From an uncultured bacterium (GTDB lineage Bacteria > Patescibacteriota > Minisyncoccia > UBA6257 > 2-01-FULL-56-20): 64,000 bases of DNA. A program made the translations under genes and the position numbers. The notes under the pieces are model-generated. The model was given only the letters and a program-made list of their open reading frames with translations, did not search any database and had not been told where the DNA came from. Positions 1 to 8,508 of this stretch are shown one piece after another; within the stretch, counting starts at the first letter, position 1; every line of letters begins with the position of its first letter. Location: positions 630,028 to 694,027 of the forward strand of contig OY970175.1 of NCBI GenBank assembly GCA_963707865.1. The letters run 5' to 3'.

Positions 1-93
1 TTCGCGAGATCGGGAAGATGCTCGGCGGTTGGATGAAATTCGTACGAAACGGCCCTTACGCGAAAGCGGAATAATTTGAAAGAGCATACAGTA

Positions 94-212
94 ACAACGA
101 TCGCGGGACGCGCACCCAGCTTGTCATTCGAATTCCCGGACTCATTCCAGTTCACATTGACCTGCCGATTCCTCGGATTCCAGTTCGCGTGAACCACGCC
201 TTGCGGCACGCG
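94..212 (-). repeat. DGR template-repeat (TR)-like orphan copy of the 3' segment of the two downstream paralogs. In the coding frame it is Asn/AAY-rich (…VHANWNPRNRQVNVNWNESGNSNDKLGARPA…) and it has no gene body.
   Basis: 119-nt homology to 580..699 and 1724..1842. Column-by-column comparison with VR2 (16 mismatches) shows every mismatch at a TR coding-strand adenine; the same pattern holds against VR1. The segment ends in a GC-rich IMH-like stretch, GCTGGGTGCGCGTCCCGCG. Confidence 0.65.
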
Positions 213-570
213 CCCCGTGTTCCTTGATCTCGTCGTATCACACAGAGCCGCCCACGGGCAACCCCTGGCCGCTATTCTCACAAGGAACGTCGTTGTCGTT
301 AGGTTCGACCCGGCACGTTTAGCTTTTGAGGGCTAAGCCGTATGTACATTAGCCGGGAACGAGGCGAACCAACCCGACCCCCTGCGCTCATGCGCAGAAA
401 GCACGGTGGCTTCGGGAGCCCCGCCCTTTGGGTGCTAGAAAATTGGATAGCGCCAAAAGGGCGAAGTTGCCGATTTATTCTAAATTATTTTTTCATAGCT
501 TTGTTGTGTTAGAAAAATCGCGCGGAATTCAAAGAAAAAATAATATAAAGAAAAGATTGAATATCAAACT

Positions 571-1656
571 TCAATTTCGACAACGACCGCGGGACGCGCA
601 CCCAGCCTGCCACGCGAACCCCCGGACCCACCCCAGCGCACACTGACCCGCCGATCGCCCCGGATCCCAGACCGCGTGAACCACGCCCTGCGGCACGCGG
701 GAATCGAGGAGCCAAGTCCACTTGGATTTTTTGGCATCGTCGTCATAGGCATCGAAGCTATGGTCCTTTCTCGCTTCAAGCTCTTTCCGTTGCAACATCA
801 AATATTCTTCGAGTGTAAGACCGTTCCATTTTTTCTGCGCGAAAAGCTTGTCCAAATCTTCCGGCTTTTTCCCCATCGTCTCTTCGGGCAGTGGCCCCGA
901 CTGGTACAGCAGGAGATATGCTTTCCTTGTGGGCCGATTTCGGGACGTCGCGTTTTTCGTCACGTCGGGTTCGTACATGTAGTGCGCTTGGCTGTATTGC
1001 TCGGTATCTTGCAGACCCGGAAGCTGTTTATCGGCGAGTTCGGTAAGCAGCTTATTAACGCCGCCTTTCTGAAGGTCGGTTGAGGGCAAAAGCATCGCAC
1101 TATCGAACCCTTCGCGGAGGGCTTCGCGGAGCCGCGCTTCGGATTGCGGGGACAGTCGTACTTCTTTCGGCAATTCTCTCAAGAAATCTTTGAGGTCGTG
1201 GTTGGTATAAAATCCGACCGATTCTTTAAGTACGGCTTCGGTATCCAGTTTTATTTCCCGCTTCCCGTCTTTTGTTTTTTCCACATAAACCCGCCGCGAG
1301 CGTTCATAGCTCCTTTCAAACTCGCGCTGCGAGATGGTAATCCCTTCGCCATCTCCGGTTTCGAGAACGACGTTCCCATCCCTTGTTCTCCCCTTGAACA
1401 CCCACGGCTGCTTCGTCCGGTCGCCGCTCTTTATAAATTGGCTGTCCGGAGTAGCGTCACCCACCGCTTCTGGAAGGTATACGACCTCCTTGCCGTCGGC
1501 ATCAAAAATCCTTGCTTCCACGGGCTTCGGTACTTCGCGAAGCATTTCGGCCCGCCTCGGCACACGCGGACTCAATGCCCCGATCTCGGATGGGGTGAGA
1601 ATAGGGCTTTCGTTTTGCTCAGCCTGCCCCTCGAAGTTTTCTGGTGATTTTTTCAT
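571..1656 (-). CDS. Putative DGR target protein, paralog 1 (hypothetical). VR1 at the C-terminus carries a 1-nt insertion that shifts the terminal frame, so this may be a pseudogene or an error.
   Basis: 361-aa ORF, about 65-70% identical to the neighbouring paralog. The C-terminal 120 nt form the variable repeat. The C-terminal tail reads …GCASRGRCRN* instead of …GARPAVVVEIEV*. Confidence 0.6.
   Translation of the reverse strand: MKKSPENFEGQAEQNESPILTPSEIGALSPRVPRRAEMLREVPKPVEARIFDADGKEVVYLPEAVGDATPDSQFIKSGDRTKQPWVFKGRTRDGNVVLETGDGEGITISQREFERSYERSRRVYVEKTKDGKREIKLDTEAVLKESVGFYTNHDLKDFLRELPKEVRLSPQSEARLREALREGFDSAMLLPSTDLQKGGVNKLLTELADKQLPGLQDTEQYSQAHYMYEPDVTKNATSRNRPTRKAYLLLYQSGPLPEETMGKKPEDLDKLFAQKKWNGLTLEEYLMLQRKELEARKDHSFDAYDDDAKKSKWTWLLDSRVPQGVVHAVWDPGRSAGQCALGWVRGFAWQAGCASRGRCRN
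580..699 (-). repeat. DGR variable repeat VR1 (3' end of paralog 1).
   Basis: It differs from the TR (94..212) almost only at TR adenines, plus a 1-nt insertion (cgatCGcccc vs cgattcccc). Confidence 0.6.
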
Positions 1657-1707
1657 GATCTATAAAAATTTTCGCGGAAGAAAAAATAATGAATTAAATA
1701 CAAAAGA

Positions 1708-2793
1708 TCAAACTTCAATTTCGACAACGACCGCGGGACGCGCACCCAGCTCGCCAAGCGAATCCCCGGACTCATCCCAGTGCACATGGACCCGCCGATT
1801 CCCCGGACGCCAGTACGCGCGAACCACGCCTCGCGGCACGCGGGAATCGAGGAGCCAAGTCCACTTGGATTTTTTGGCATCGTCGGAATAGGCATCGAAG
1901 CGATGATCTTTGCTTGCCTCTGCTTCTTTTCTTTGCGTCAATAGGTATTCTTGGAGCGTGAACCCATTCCATTTCTTTTGCGCAAATAATGGATCGAGTT
2001 GATCCGGCGACTTTCCTTTTGTCTCGTCAGGAATTGGGCCGGACTGATAGAGTAGGAGGTAAGCTTTTTGCTTTGGCCTGTTCCTCGTTTCCGCAGTTTT
2101 GGTGCCGCCCTCAAAGTACGGTGCCGTGTATTGCTCGTTCGCCGATAGGTTTGGGATCTCCTTGATAGCGGTTTCAGAGGCGATGGTTTCGATATTCGCG
2201 GATTGCACCTCAGTTTTTGGAAGAAGCATCGCTTTGTCGAATCCCTCGCGAAGGGCTTCGCGCAATCTCGCTTCCGATTGCGAAGACAGCCGGATTTCTC
2301 TTGGTAATTCTTTCAGAAAATCCTTAATATCGTGCGCGGCGTAAAACCCGACGGACTCTTTGAGTACTGCTTCCGTATCAAGACTCACTTCCTTGCCCTC
2401 TTTTGTCCGTTCCGAATAGATCCTCTGGCTTCGCTCATAACTTGCTTCGAGTTCCCGTAACGCGATTGTGATGCCCTCGCCGTCCTCGGTCTCGAGGACC
2501 ACTTTCCCGTCTTTGGTCCTGCCTTTTACAACAAATGGTCTCTTGGCGCGATCTCCCTTCTTGATAACCCGACTGTCCGGGGAAAAGGCCCCTGAGGACT
2601 CGGGGAGATATGCGATCTCATTACCGTCCTCATCGAGAATTTTTGCCTCGATTGGCCTCGGCGCTTCGCGAAGCATTTCCGATCTGCGTGGTACGCGCGG
2701 ACTTAAGGCCCCGATCTCGGAAGGGGTAAGAATGGCATTCTCACTTTCCATAACATCTGACGGCCGTTCCGGATTTTCGGGCGATCTTTTCAT
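1708..2793 (-). CDS. Putative DGR target protein, paralog 2 (hypothetical; intact VR2 at the C-terminus, which ends …LGARPAVVVEIEV).
   Basis: 361-aa ORF. The N- and C-terminal regions are conserved with paralog 1, with a divergent central segment. The C-terminal 119 nt are collinear with the TR. Confidence 0.65.
   Translation of the reverse strand: MKRSPENPERPSDVMESENAILTPSEIGALSPRVPRRSEMLREAPRPIEAKILDEDGNEIAYLPESSGAFSPDSRVIKKGDRAKRPFVVKGRTKDGKVVLETEDGEGITIALRELEASYERSQRIYSERTKEGKEVSLDTEAVLKESVGFYAAHDIKDFLKELPREIRLSSQSEARLREALREGFDKAMLLPKTEVQSANIETIASETAIKEIPNLSANEQYTAPYFEGGTKTAETRNRPKQKAYLLLYQSGPIPDETKGKSPDQLDPLFAQKKWNGFTLQEYLLTQRKEAEASKDHRFDAYSDDAKKSKWTWLLDSRVPRGVVRAYWRPGNRRVHVHWDESGDSLGELGARPAVVVEIEV
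1724..1842 (-). repeat. DGR variable repeat VR2 (3' end of paralog 2).
   Basis: 16 mismatches to the TR over 119 nt, all at TR coding-strand adenines and none elsewhere. Confidence 0.65.
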
Positions 2794-2800
2794 GGTGTTA

Positions 2801-4468
2801 TCACAATTGAAATTCTTCTTGAAACTTTTTTACAAGATTGCGATCCTCTTCAGGATAGATTTTTTGGGATCCCCACGCGGTGATTTTCTCCGCGAGGAAG
2901 TTTTTGAGAGTCTCGTTGGACCTCATGGCTGATTTTCGGTATTCCTGAAGCCAAGAAATGATGAGACCCGGATCAAGCACGGCATGACGAAGATAAGAAG
3001 CATCACGCAGGGTTGTAGTGAGTGCATTCTCTTCGCCTTTGTAGCTTTTCTGGATAGCCGCGACGAATTCGGCAAACCGCCAGAGCGTTCCTCCCGCTTT
3101 GGGATCGGTGTCAATCTCGGGATGCTTGCTATTGGTTCGCGCATCCACTACTTCTTTCCATTGCGGAGGCAACTCGTCCTTCGGTACGCGAATTCGATCG
3201 TTCTGGTCCATAAGCGCCGCGAGCATCATTTCATAAAGCTCGGGATCTTCCGGGGATTGCGGCGGATAATCTACCTCAAGCGAGCCGAGTTCCCGCGCCA
3301 CCTCGACCGGAAGCTCGGAGCGATCCGGATGTTTTTCCGAAGGAAGGTTGGCTGAGCCAATAAAACCGAATTCGGGAGCAAGTTTTTCTGAACTGCCTGC
3401 CCAAGCTGCAAAGCTGATTTCCTCTCCCGCGCGGCGGCCGGAAAGTTGCTTGATTAAAGAACGCAAGCCTTCCGGAGGGTAGCCGTTCATTTCGTCCATA
3501 TAGAATATTCCGCCAGCTCCGGCTTTCGCATCCCGCGAGGTCTTTTTCCCGGTCACCGCTTGACCGAGCGGCCCGTAGGTGACGAATGTTTCTCTGTCCT
3601 TATCTATACTTCGCAAACCTAAAAGCGGTCGGATGTCAGTTTTCGCTTCTTCGCCTACTTCATAAGGCGCACGTTCGGTAAGCCGTTGCGAAGCAGCACG
3701 AGCGAGACGAGTTTTTCCGGTTCCAGTTTCTCCATAAAGGAGGAGTGGCCGATTCTGATTCACGATCACAAGGTGCTCGAGAATTTTCTGGAATAATTTT
3801 TCTCTTGATGGAGTCCAAATAAAGCCGCCCTTCTTAAGCTGCTCCCGATATGTCTTCAAGCGTTCAAAAGAAAGCCGCGCTGAGAGTTCCGGATCTTCGC
3901 GCTCCATCCGTTGCATCGAGCCATCGGTTGCTTTCACGCGAGCCGCGAGATCGGCAAGCTCGAGCAGAGTAAGTTCATCGGATTCTTTTTCCCGATGGGA
4001 AAAAATATCTGAATAGAGTTCGAGACGACGCTCGTCCGCTCCGTCCCTCTGAGCTTTTTCCCGGAGATAATTCTCGTACGAAGGGGCAAGTTTTTCCTCT
4101 TCTGCAAATTCACGTTCCAAGGTTTTCTCAAAGATTCCACGCACGTTGGTATCTTTGAAGCGAGGGCGTATGGCGGTGCGGAGCGGAGCGAGTTTTGTGT
4201 CGACTGCAACCGTCGCTCGGATACGCCGGGCACGATCCGCTGGTGATTCCTGATCGTTCTTGGGCTCGGCTCTTTTATCTCGATATTCTTTGGCAAGCTC
4301 GTCTCTCTTGCGCTGATAGTCGCGCCAAAGCGCATAGAGCTCCTCAGATCCCTGTTCGGGAGAATTCCATGTCTCGGCAAAAGAAACGACGCCTTCTTTT
4401 TGCGGAGCCTTTTCCGAAGCTTGTTCCAGCTTATTCTCTATTTCCTCGAATTTGGGGCTCTCCTTCAT
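2801..4468 (-). CDS. AAA+ ATPase (AAA_5 / MoxR-McrB-like), with a charged coiled-coil N-terminal region.
   Basis: Walker A motif [12 protein letters not shown] and Walker B-like motif [10 protein letters not shown]. 555 aa, immediately upstream of and co-oriented with the two DGR-target paralogs. Confidence 0.6.
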   Translation of the reverse strand: MKESPKFEEIENKLEQASEKAPQKEGVVSFAETWNSPEQGSEELYALWRDYQRKRDELAKEYRDKRAEPKNDQESPADRARRIRATVAVDTKLAPLRTAIRPRFKDTNVRGIFEKTLEREFAEEEKLAPSYENYLREKAQRDGADERRLELYSDIFSHREKESDELTLLELADLAARVKATDGSMQRMEREDPELSARLSFERLKTYREQLKKGGFIWTPSREKLFQKILEHLVIVNQNRPLLLYGETGTGKTRLARAASQRLTERAPYEVGEEAKTDIRPLLGLRSIDKDRETFVTYGPLGQAVTGKKTSRDAKAGAGGIFYMDEMNGYPPEGLRSLIKQLSGRRAGEEISFAAWAGSSEKLAPEFGFIGSANLPSEKHPDRSELPVEVARELGSLEVDYPPQSPEDPELYEMMLAALMDQNDRIRVPKDELPPQWKEVVDARTNSKHPEIDTDPKAGGTLWRFAEFVAAIQKSYKGEENALTTTLRDASYLRHAVLDPGLIISWLQEYRKSAMRSNETLKNFLAEKITAWGSQKIYPEEDRNLVKKFQEEFQL

Positions 4469-4645
4469 GTTGATTTGATGGCTAGATTATACATCGGAAT
4501 GACCTGCAAGTCAACAGGCGCTCCTTTGTTTTTGCTTATATTAATACTTCAAGTTTACATCATTACCAAGTCGAAAGAAATATCCTTAAATCTGGGGCGT
4601 CGGAGCACTCTGGACTTTTCCCACCGTTGCGTCATCCATTTCAAT

Positions 4646-4954
4646 ATGGACGACGATATTGAGGCGATCATAAGGGCGGCGAAAAATATCCGCGATGATA
4701 AAAATGGGGAATCATTCCTCAATCCCGCTTCTTCCCTTCCGTCTTCAAAGCGGAAATTGAAACTGGCGATCAAGGAACGGATCCGGCTGCTTTGCGCCGC
4801 GTATATTTCGCTGGCTTCTTTCGTACCAGATGAGGACGTTGAAGCATTTACCGATCTGAAGAAGCAAGGGCGAGTCCTTAAGCGCGTGCTGCAGGAAATG
4901 GAGCGAAACTGCAAGGAAATTGAGGACTTCCGGCCGCTCGACTTATCAACCTGA
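4646..4954 (+). CDS. Small hypothetical protein upstream of the recombinase (candidate excision or regulatory factor).
   Basis: Internal Met of ORF 4400..4954 ([14 protein letters not shown]…). No recognisable motifs. Confidence 0.25.
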   Translation: MDDDIEAIIRAAKNIRDDKNGESFLNPASSLPSSKRKLKLAIKERIRLLCAAYISLASFVPDEDVEAFTDLKKQGRVLKRVLQEMERNCKEIEDFRPLDLST

Positions 4955-4995
4955 GGGCTCCTGGACTCTCTGGAGGGGTTGCGTCATCCCTTGTC

Positions 4996-6339
4996 TTGAT
5001 GACAAACCTAACCAAGGGGTCGGCAGGAGCGGCGACCTCAACCAATCAGCCGCTGCCAGTAAAGGTCGCCTACTGTCTGTATGCAAGAAAGAGTACAGAA
5101 TCAGAGGAAAAACAAATTCTTTCGATTGATAGCCAAATCACGGAGATGATCAGGATTGCCGAGCGAGACGGATTGGAGATCGCGGAGATCAGGAAGGAAT
5201 CCCACTCCGCGAAAGATGTCGGCCAACGCGAAGTGTTTAACTCGCTCCTCACAGACATTCGCGCGGGTAAATTCAACGGCATCCTCACGTGGGCACCGGA
5301 TCGCTTGAGCCGCAATGCGGGCGATCTCGGATCGCTCGTCGATCTCATGGATCAGAAGCAGCTCGTCGAGATACGAACCTTCTCGCAAAAGTTCACTAAC
5401 AATCCAAGCGAGAAATTCATGCTCATGATCCTGTGCTCGACGGCGAAACTCGAGAACGACAATAAATCGGAAAACGTGAGACGGGGCCTGCGGGCGCGGG
5501 TGGAAATGGGCCTCTGGCCAGGCATCGCGCCTACGGGATATCTGAACGAAAAACGGAAGGATAAGAAATGCGAACTCCTGGTAGATCCCGTGCGAGGTCC
5601 CATCATCCGTCAAATGTTTGAGAAGGTGGCGAATGAGCAATGGTCGGGACGCAGGCTCTATCTATGGCTCAAAAACGAGGTAAAGTTCAAGACGATCACC
5701 GGAAAACCCCTCTCGTTATCGAATATCTTCATCGTCCTCCAAAAAACCTTCTACTACGGAACGTTTGAATTCCCCGAAAAGTCGGGCAAATGGTACACCG
5801 GCGTCCATACGCCCCTCGTCACAAAAGAACTATTTGATCGAGCGCGGGAGCAGATGAAGCGGAGCGAGGTCAAAAACGACAAGGAATTCGCCTTCACAAA
5901 GCTCATCACGTGCGGCCTTTGCGGATCAGGAATCACTGCATCTGAAAAATGGAAATATCAAAAGAACGGCAATACCCATCGGTATGTGTACTATGGATGC
6001 ACGAAGAAGCGTGACGTAAATTGCCAATGCGGATATATCAAAGAAGAAGAAATTATCGACCAGATTCTCGCGATGTTCGACACGCTCGATATCAACGAGC
6101 TGGGTGTCAAGCAGAAATTCAAGGACGAAATCGCGCGGTACAACAAATTCAGGAGAGTCGCCTTGGGCAAGGGCCGAGAACAGAACGCCGAACCGGAAAT
6201 CTTCGATGCCAAGGTCTATGCGGTCTACGTCTTAACCGAAGGCACGATTATCGAAAAACGCGAGCTGTTATCAAACCTGAGGAGCCGCTTGAAATTCCAG
6301 AACAAGACGCTCGCCTTAATGCCGCAGGAAACGGCATAA
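4996..6339 (+). CDS. Large serine recombinase (resolvase/integrase family).
   Basis: N-terminal resolvase motif YARKSTESEEKQ…SIDSQ with a catalytic Ser, a recombinase domain, and a Cys-rich zinc ribbon (CGLCGS…YYGCTKK…CQCGY). Its 3' end faces the tRNA-Val 3' end. Confidence 0.85.
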   Translation: MMTNLTKGSAGAATSTNQPLPVKVAYCLYARKSTESEEKQILSIDSQITEMIRIAERDGLEIAEIRKESHSAKDVGQREVFNSLLTDIRAGKFNGILTWAPDRLSRNAGDLGSLVDLMDQKQLVEIRTFSQKFTNNPSEKFMLMILCSTAKLENDNKSENVRRGLRARVEMGLWPGIAPTGYLNEKRKDKKCELLVDPVRGPIIRQMFEKVANEQWSGRRLYLWLKNEVKFKTITGKPLSLSNIFIVLQKTFYYGTFEFPEKSGKWYTGVHTPLVTKELFDRAREQMKRSEVKNDKEFAFTKLITCGLCGSGITASEKWKYQKNGNTHRYVYYGCTKKRDVNCQCGYIKEEEIIDQILAMFDTLDINELGVKQKFKDEIARYNKFRRVALGKGREQNAEPEIFDAKVYAVYVLTEGTIIEKRELLSNLRSRLKFQNKTLALMPQETA

Positions 6340-6356
6340 AAGGAATTGTTGATAAT

Positions 6357-6392
6357 ACAAAACACCGCCGCAAATTTGCGGCGGTGTTTTGT
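6357..6392. terminator. Rho-independent terminator hairpin (bidirectional) between the recombinase and tRNA-Val.
   Basis: aaaacaccgccgcaaatttgcggcggtgtttt forms a perfect 14-bp stem followed by a T-run. Confidence 0.5.
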
Positions 6393-6533
6393 ATACAGCA
6401 TGATCGTGCAACGACTCAAGGGATCTGACTCGCCCGCGAACGGTAAAGAGGTTTCAGTGTACTAGAGGGTCATCCCTCAAGGACGCGCTGGAACCTCAGG
6501 AATCACGGTCTCAAAACACCTATCACTGGACTG

Positions 6534-6605
6534 TGCGTCCTGGAGGGATCGGACCTCCGGCCTCTACAGTGTCATTGTAGCGCTCTACCACTGAGCTAAG
6601 GACGC
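6534..6605 (-). tRNA. tRNA-Val (anticodon GAC).
   Basis: Manual cloverleaf: acceptor GCGTCCT/AGGACGC, D-arm GCTC-AGTGGTA-GAGC, anticodon loop ATGACAC, T-arm GGAGG-TCCGATC-CCTCC. CCA is not encoded. Confidence 0.65.
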
Positions 6606-6633
6606 CAGGGGACTCGGTTCATTCTACGGTCTC

Positions 6634-6852
6634 TTACTGCGGTTTGACAAGACCGGGAAGGCGAAGGGCCTCCGCACCCTCCAGATTGAAACTGGTATTC
6701 GCCCCCGCCGGCACGTTCGCCTGGACCGCGCGATTCACTTCCACGATTACATCGCCGATCCCCCAACTGAAATACGCGACGATAATCGCAAGAAAAACAA
6801 TCGCGAAAATGGCGAGGGTGGTCTCTGGATAGTGTCTGAAAAATGCTTTCAT
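6634..6852 (-). CDS. Small membrane protein (hypothetical).
   Basis: 72-aa ORF with one transmembrane helix. Its start overlaps the upstream gene in an ATGA arrangement. Confidence 0.3.
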   Translation of the reverse strand: MKAFFRHYPETTLAIFAIVFLAIIVAYFSWGIGDVIVEVNRAVQANVPAGANTSFNLEGAEALRLPGLVKPQ

Positions 6853-7382
6853 GATCCTCTGGAAAATGCTCGGCCCTGCGCGGTGAGGAGGTACGCCGTT
6901 CCACTGCTCGTAAAGTCAAAGGAATCGATCGCAATGATGAATCCGGACGCTTCCGCCTCAAGATCATTGAGAAACGCGACGAGATCGCTCGGGGCTCCGG
7001 TCGCGACCAGGGAAAAATCATCGCTGCCGGGAGTGGAGGTGGTGGCCGCGGTCCCCCCTCCCTTGAACGCGAACGAAACCGAAACATTGTGCGCCTGCCC
7101 GAGAGTATTGAGCGCCTGCGGGAGCCCCACAAGCTTATCATACGTCGGCAAAATTGATTTCAAGACGGGTGTGTAAGGAGCCGCTTGTGCCGCTTCGCTT
7201 TTGAGGCTCGCCAGAATGCCGACTGCCGTATTTTCCTCCGCGATGCGGGTCCGATCGGAAACGATCTTATCCGTCTGCGCCGCAATGTCGTTGGAAAAAA
7301 AGTAAATGGCAATGGACGCTACCGCAATGGCCGCCGCGATGATTCCGATGCTTATTTGCAATTGCCGCTTGAGATTCCTCAT
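6849..7382 (-). CDS. Membrane-anchored hypothetical protein (possibly a PilO-like pilus or competence assembly component).
   Basis: N-terminal transmembrane helix followed by a coiled-coil-like region. It is adjacent to dprA. Confidence 0.3.
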   Translation of the reverse strand: MRNLKRQLQISIGIIAAAIAVASIAIYFFSNDIAAQTDKIVSDRTRIAEENTAVGILASLKSEAAQAAPYTPVLKSILPTYDKLVGLPQALNTLGQAHNVSVSFAFKGGGTAATTSTPGSDDFSLVATGAPSDLVAFLNDLEAEASGFIIAIDSFDFTSSGTAYLLTAQGRAFSRGS

Positions 7383-7459
7383 TGCACCGCTTCATTCTAC
7401 CATTAAAAAATTGTGAACGCACACTTTACTTTTGGAACGTTTTCCGCAACGCTTCTCTG

Positions 7460-8494
7460 ATGGATGAGGAAGCATACTACTATTATAATGCGGTCGCCGT
7501 GGGCACGGGCGGCGATTATCGGAAAATCGCGCAGTTAAAAAAGAAATATGGCGACTGGAAACGCGCGCACGAAGCACTCGAGCATTTCGGCATCCCTCCG
7601 CCCGATGCCGAGACGGAATGGAAAAACCTTGCGCGCGCGGGCGTCGCCCTCATACTTTTTGAACATGAAGAATATCCTGCACCGCTCCGGGAAATAAATG
7701 ATCATCCCTTCGGCATTTACCTGCGCGGCGCACTCCCGCCGCAGAACGTGCCGCTTTTCGCGATTGTGGGCACCCGGCGTGCCACGCCTGAAGGAAAAAA
7801 CATCGCCCGGTGTTTCGCGCGGGAGCTCACGCAATGCGGGTTCGGCATCGTAAGCGGCCTCGCGTTCGGTATCGATGCCGCAGCACACGAAGGATGTCTT
7901 GATGCCCGGGGTGTGACGATCGCGGTGCTTGCCGGAGGGTTGCATGCCGTGTATCCCCGAGAGCATGCGCGCCTTGCGGAAAAAATCCTTCAAAGCGGCG
8001 GCGTACTCGTCTCCGAATACCCGCTCGGCGCGCCTCCGTACGCAGACCGCTTTCTGGAACGGAACAGGATTGTGAGCGGCCTTTCGCGCGGCGTTTTGAT
8101 CGTAGAAGCGCCACAGGGATCGGGCGCACTCGTGACCGCACACCTCGCTCTTGAACAAAATCGGGACGTATTCGTCGTACCCGGTTCCATCGTCCATCCG
8201 AACTTCGCGGGCTCCCACGCACTCATCCGTCAAGGGGCAACGCTCACGACCACTCCCCACGAAATCATGGAAAGCTATGGCATCTCTCCCGCGGAGAAGA
8301 TTGCCGTGCAAGAAAAAACGGCGTCACTCGAAGAAAGACTGATTTTAAAGGCCTTGCGGGAAGCTTCCGTACCTCTTGCGGTTGACAAAATCACGGCAAT
8401 CACTAAGCTGGAACCCCAAATCGCAAACCGGACGCTTTCGTTCCTTTTGCTAAAAAATCTCATCAAAGAACGGAGTGAAGGGTATACAATATAA
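7460..8494 (+). CDS. dprA: DNA processing protein DprA (Smf).
   Basis: Rossmann-like DprA core (AIVGTRRATPEG…GIVSGLAFGIDAAAH…VVPG) and a C-terminal winged-helix domain. Confidence 0.85.
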   Translation: MDEEAYYYYNAVAVGTGGDYRKIAQLKKKYGDWKRAHEALEHFGIPPPDAETEWKNLARAGVALILFEHEEYPAPLREINDHPFGIYLRGALPPQNVPLFAIVGTRRATPEGKNIARCFARELTQCGFGIVSGLAFGIDAAAHEGCLDARGVTIAVLAGGLHAVYPREHARLAEKILQSGGVLVSEYPLGAPPYADRFLERNRIVSGLSRGVLIVEAPQGSGALVTAHLALEQNRDVFVVPGSIVHPNFAGSHALIRQGATLTTTPHEIMESYGISPAEKIAVQEKTASLEERLILKALREASVPLAVDKITAITKLEPQIANRTLSFLLLKNLIKERSEGYTI

Positions 8495-8508
8495 CAACAC
8501 AACCAACC

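Noticed and set aside
223-570. Whether an Avd-like accessory gene sits between target 1 and the TR.
   Set aside because: Only very short ORFs (under 25 aa) exist on the relevant strand in this 350-bp spacer, so no Avd candidate is present.
6596-7141. A 181-aa minus-strand ORF overlapping tRNA-Val and the 6634..7382 genes.
   Set aside because: It overlaps a tRNA and two better-supported genes in another frame. The Arg/Pro/Ser-rich composition is typical of a spurious GC-rich frame.
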